From a virus, in the IMG/VR virus record IMGVR_UViG_3300047557_002560, positions 4,366-68,365 of that record: a stretch of DNA of 64,000 nt; one strand, written 5' to 3'. The stretch's first letter is position 1, and each line of letters starts with the position of its first letter. The notes under the pieces were generated by a model, which worked only from the letters and a program-made list of their open reading frames with translations, made no database searches and was not told the DNA's origin. Of this stretch, positions 63,898 to 64,000 are shown piece by piece. The translations under genes and the position numbers were made by a program.

Positions 63898-64000
63898 ATG
63901 GCAAAAGGAGCATTAATAACATTAACAACAGCAGGGATCAATACAGGTCCTTTCAATCTGCTTACGGATGTAGACTCCTATGTAACACCTTTTGAGACTA
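63898..64000 (+). CDS. partial virion protein
   Basis: MAKGALITLTTAGINTGPFNL; runs off the window. Confidence 0.6.
   Translation, partial: MAKGALITLTTAGINTGPFNLLTDVDSYVTPFET

Noticed and set aside
1-64000. Stop-codon reassignment, as seen in some large phages
   Set aside because: Long conserved genes translate intact under the standard code, and TAA, TAG and TGA all end genes at coupled junctions.

Overview
This window is part of a large (jumbo-type) tailed phage genome with a contractile-tail-type baseplate. It is AT-rich, uses the standard genetic code and is almost entirely + strand. The host is probably Bacteroidota: about 20 TTG-N20-TAnnTTT(A) promoters match the Bacteroidota -33/-7 type, leaders are A-rich and lack Shine-Dalgarno sites, and several genes encode lipoproteins. 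Layout: (0.6 kb) an atypical tRNA-like gene with a 79-nt variable arm and a convergent holin-like gene; (2.5-19.5 kb) a 17-kb glycosylation island headed by a candidate late promoter, with gmd, fcl, rfbH-type 3-dehydrase, rfbB, split transketolase, epimerase, two methyltransferases and several glycosyltransferases including a GT2-GT11-GT10 fusion; (19.5-33 kb) small accessory genes and putative head-internal proteins; (33.3-33.7 kb) a self-complementary non-coding element; (34-41.3 kb) an early region of small genes, each in a promoter/hairpin cassette, plus three separately promoted copies of an unrecognised small RNA; (42.6-45.8 kb) proteins sharing an E-D-E-F-D-L-S-D-N-P peptide; (46-48 kb) glutaredoxin, HD protein and gp55-like sigma factor; (48.6-64 kb) baseplate/tail genes ending in a Thr-rich mucin-like protein. 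All calls come from reading motifs by eye. No database search or folding program was run.
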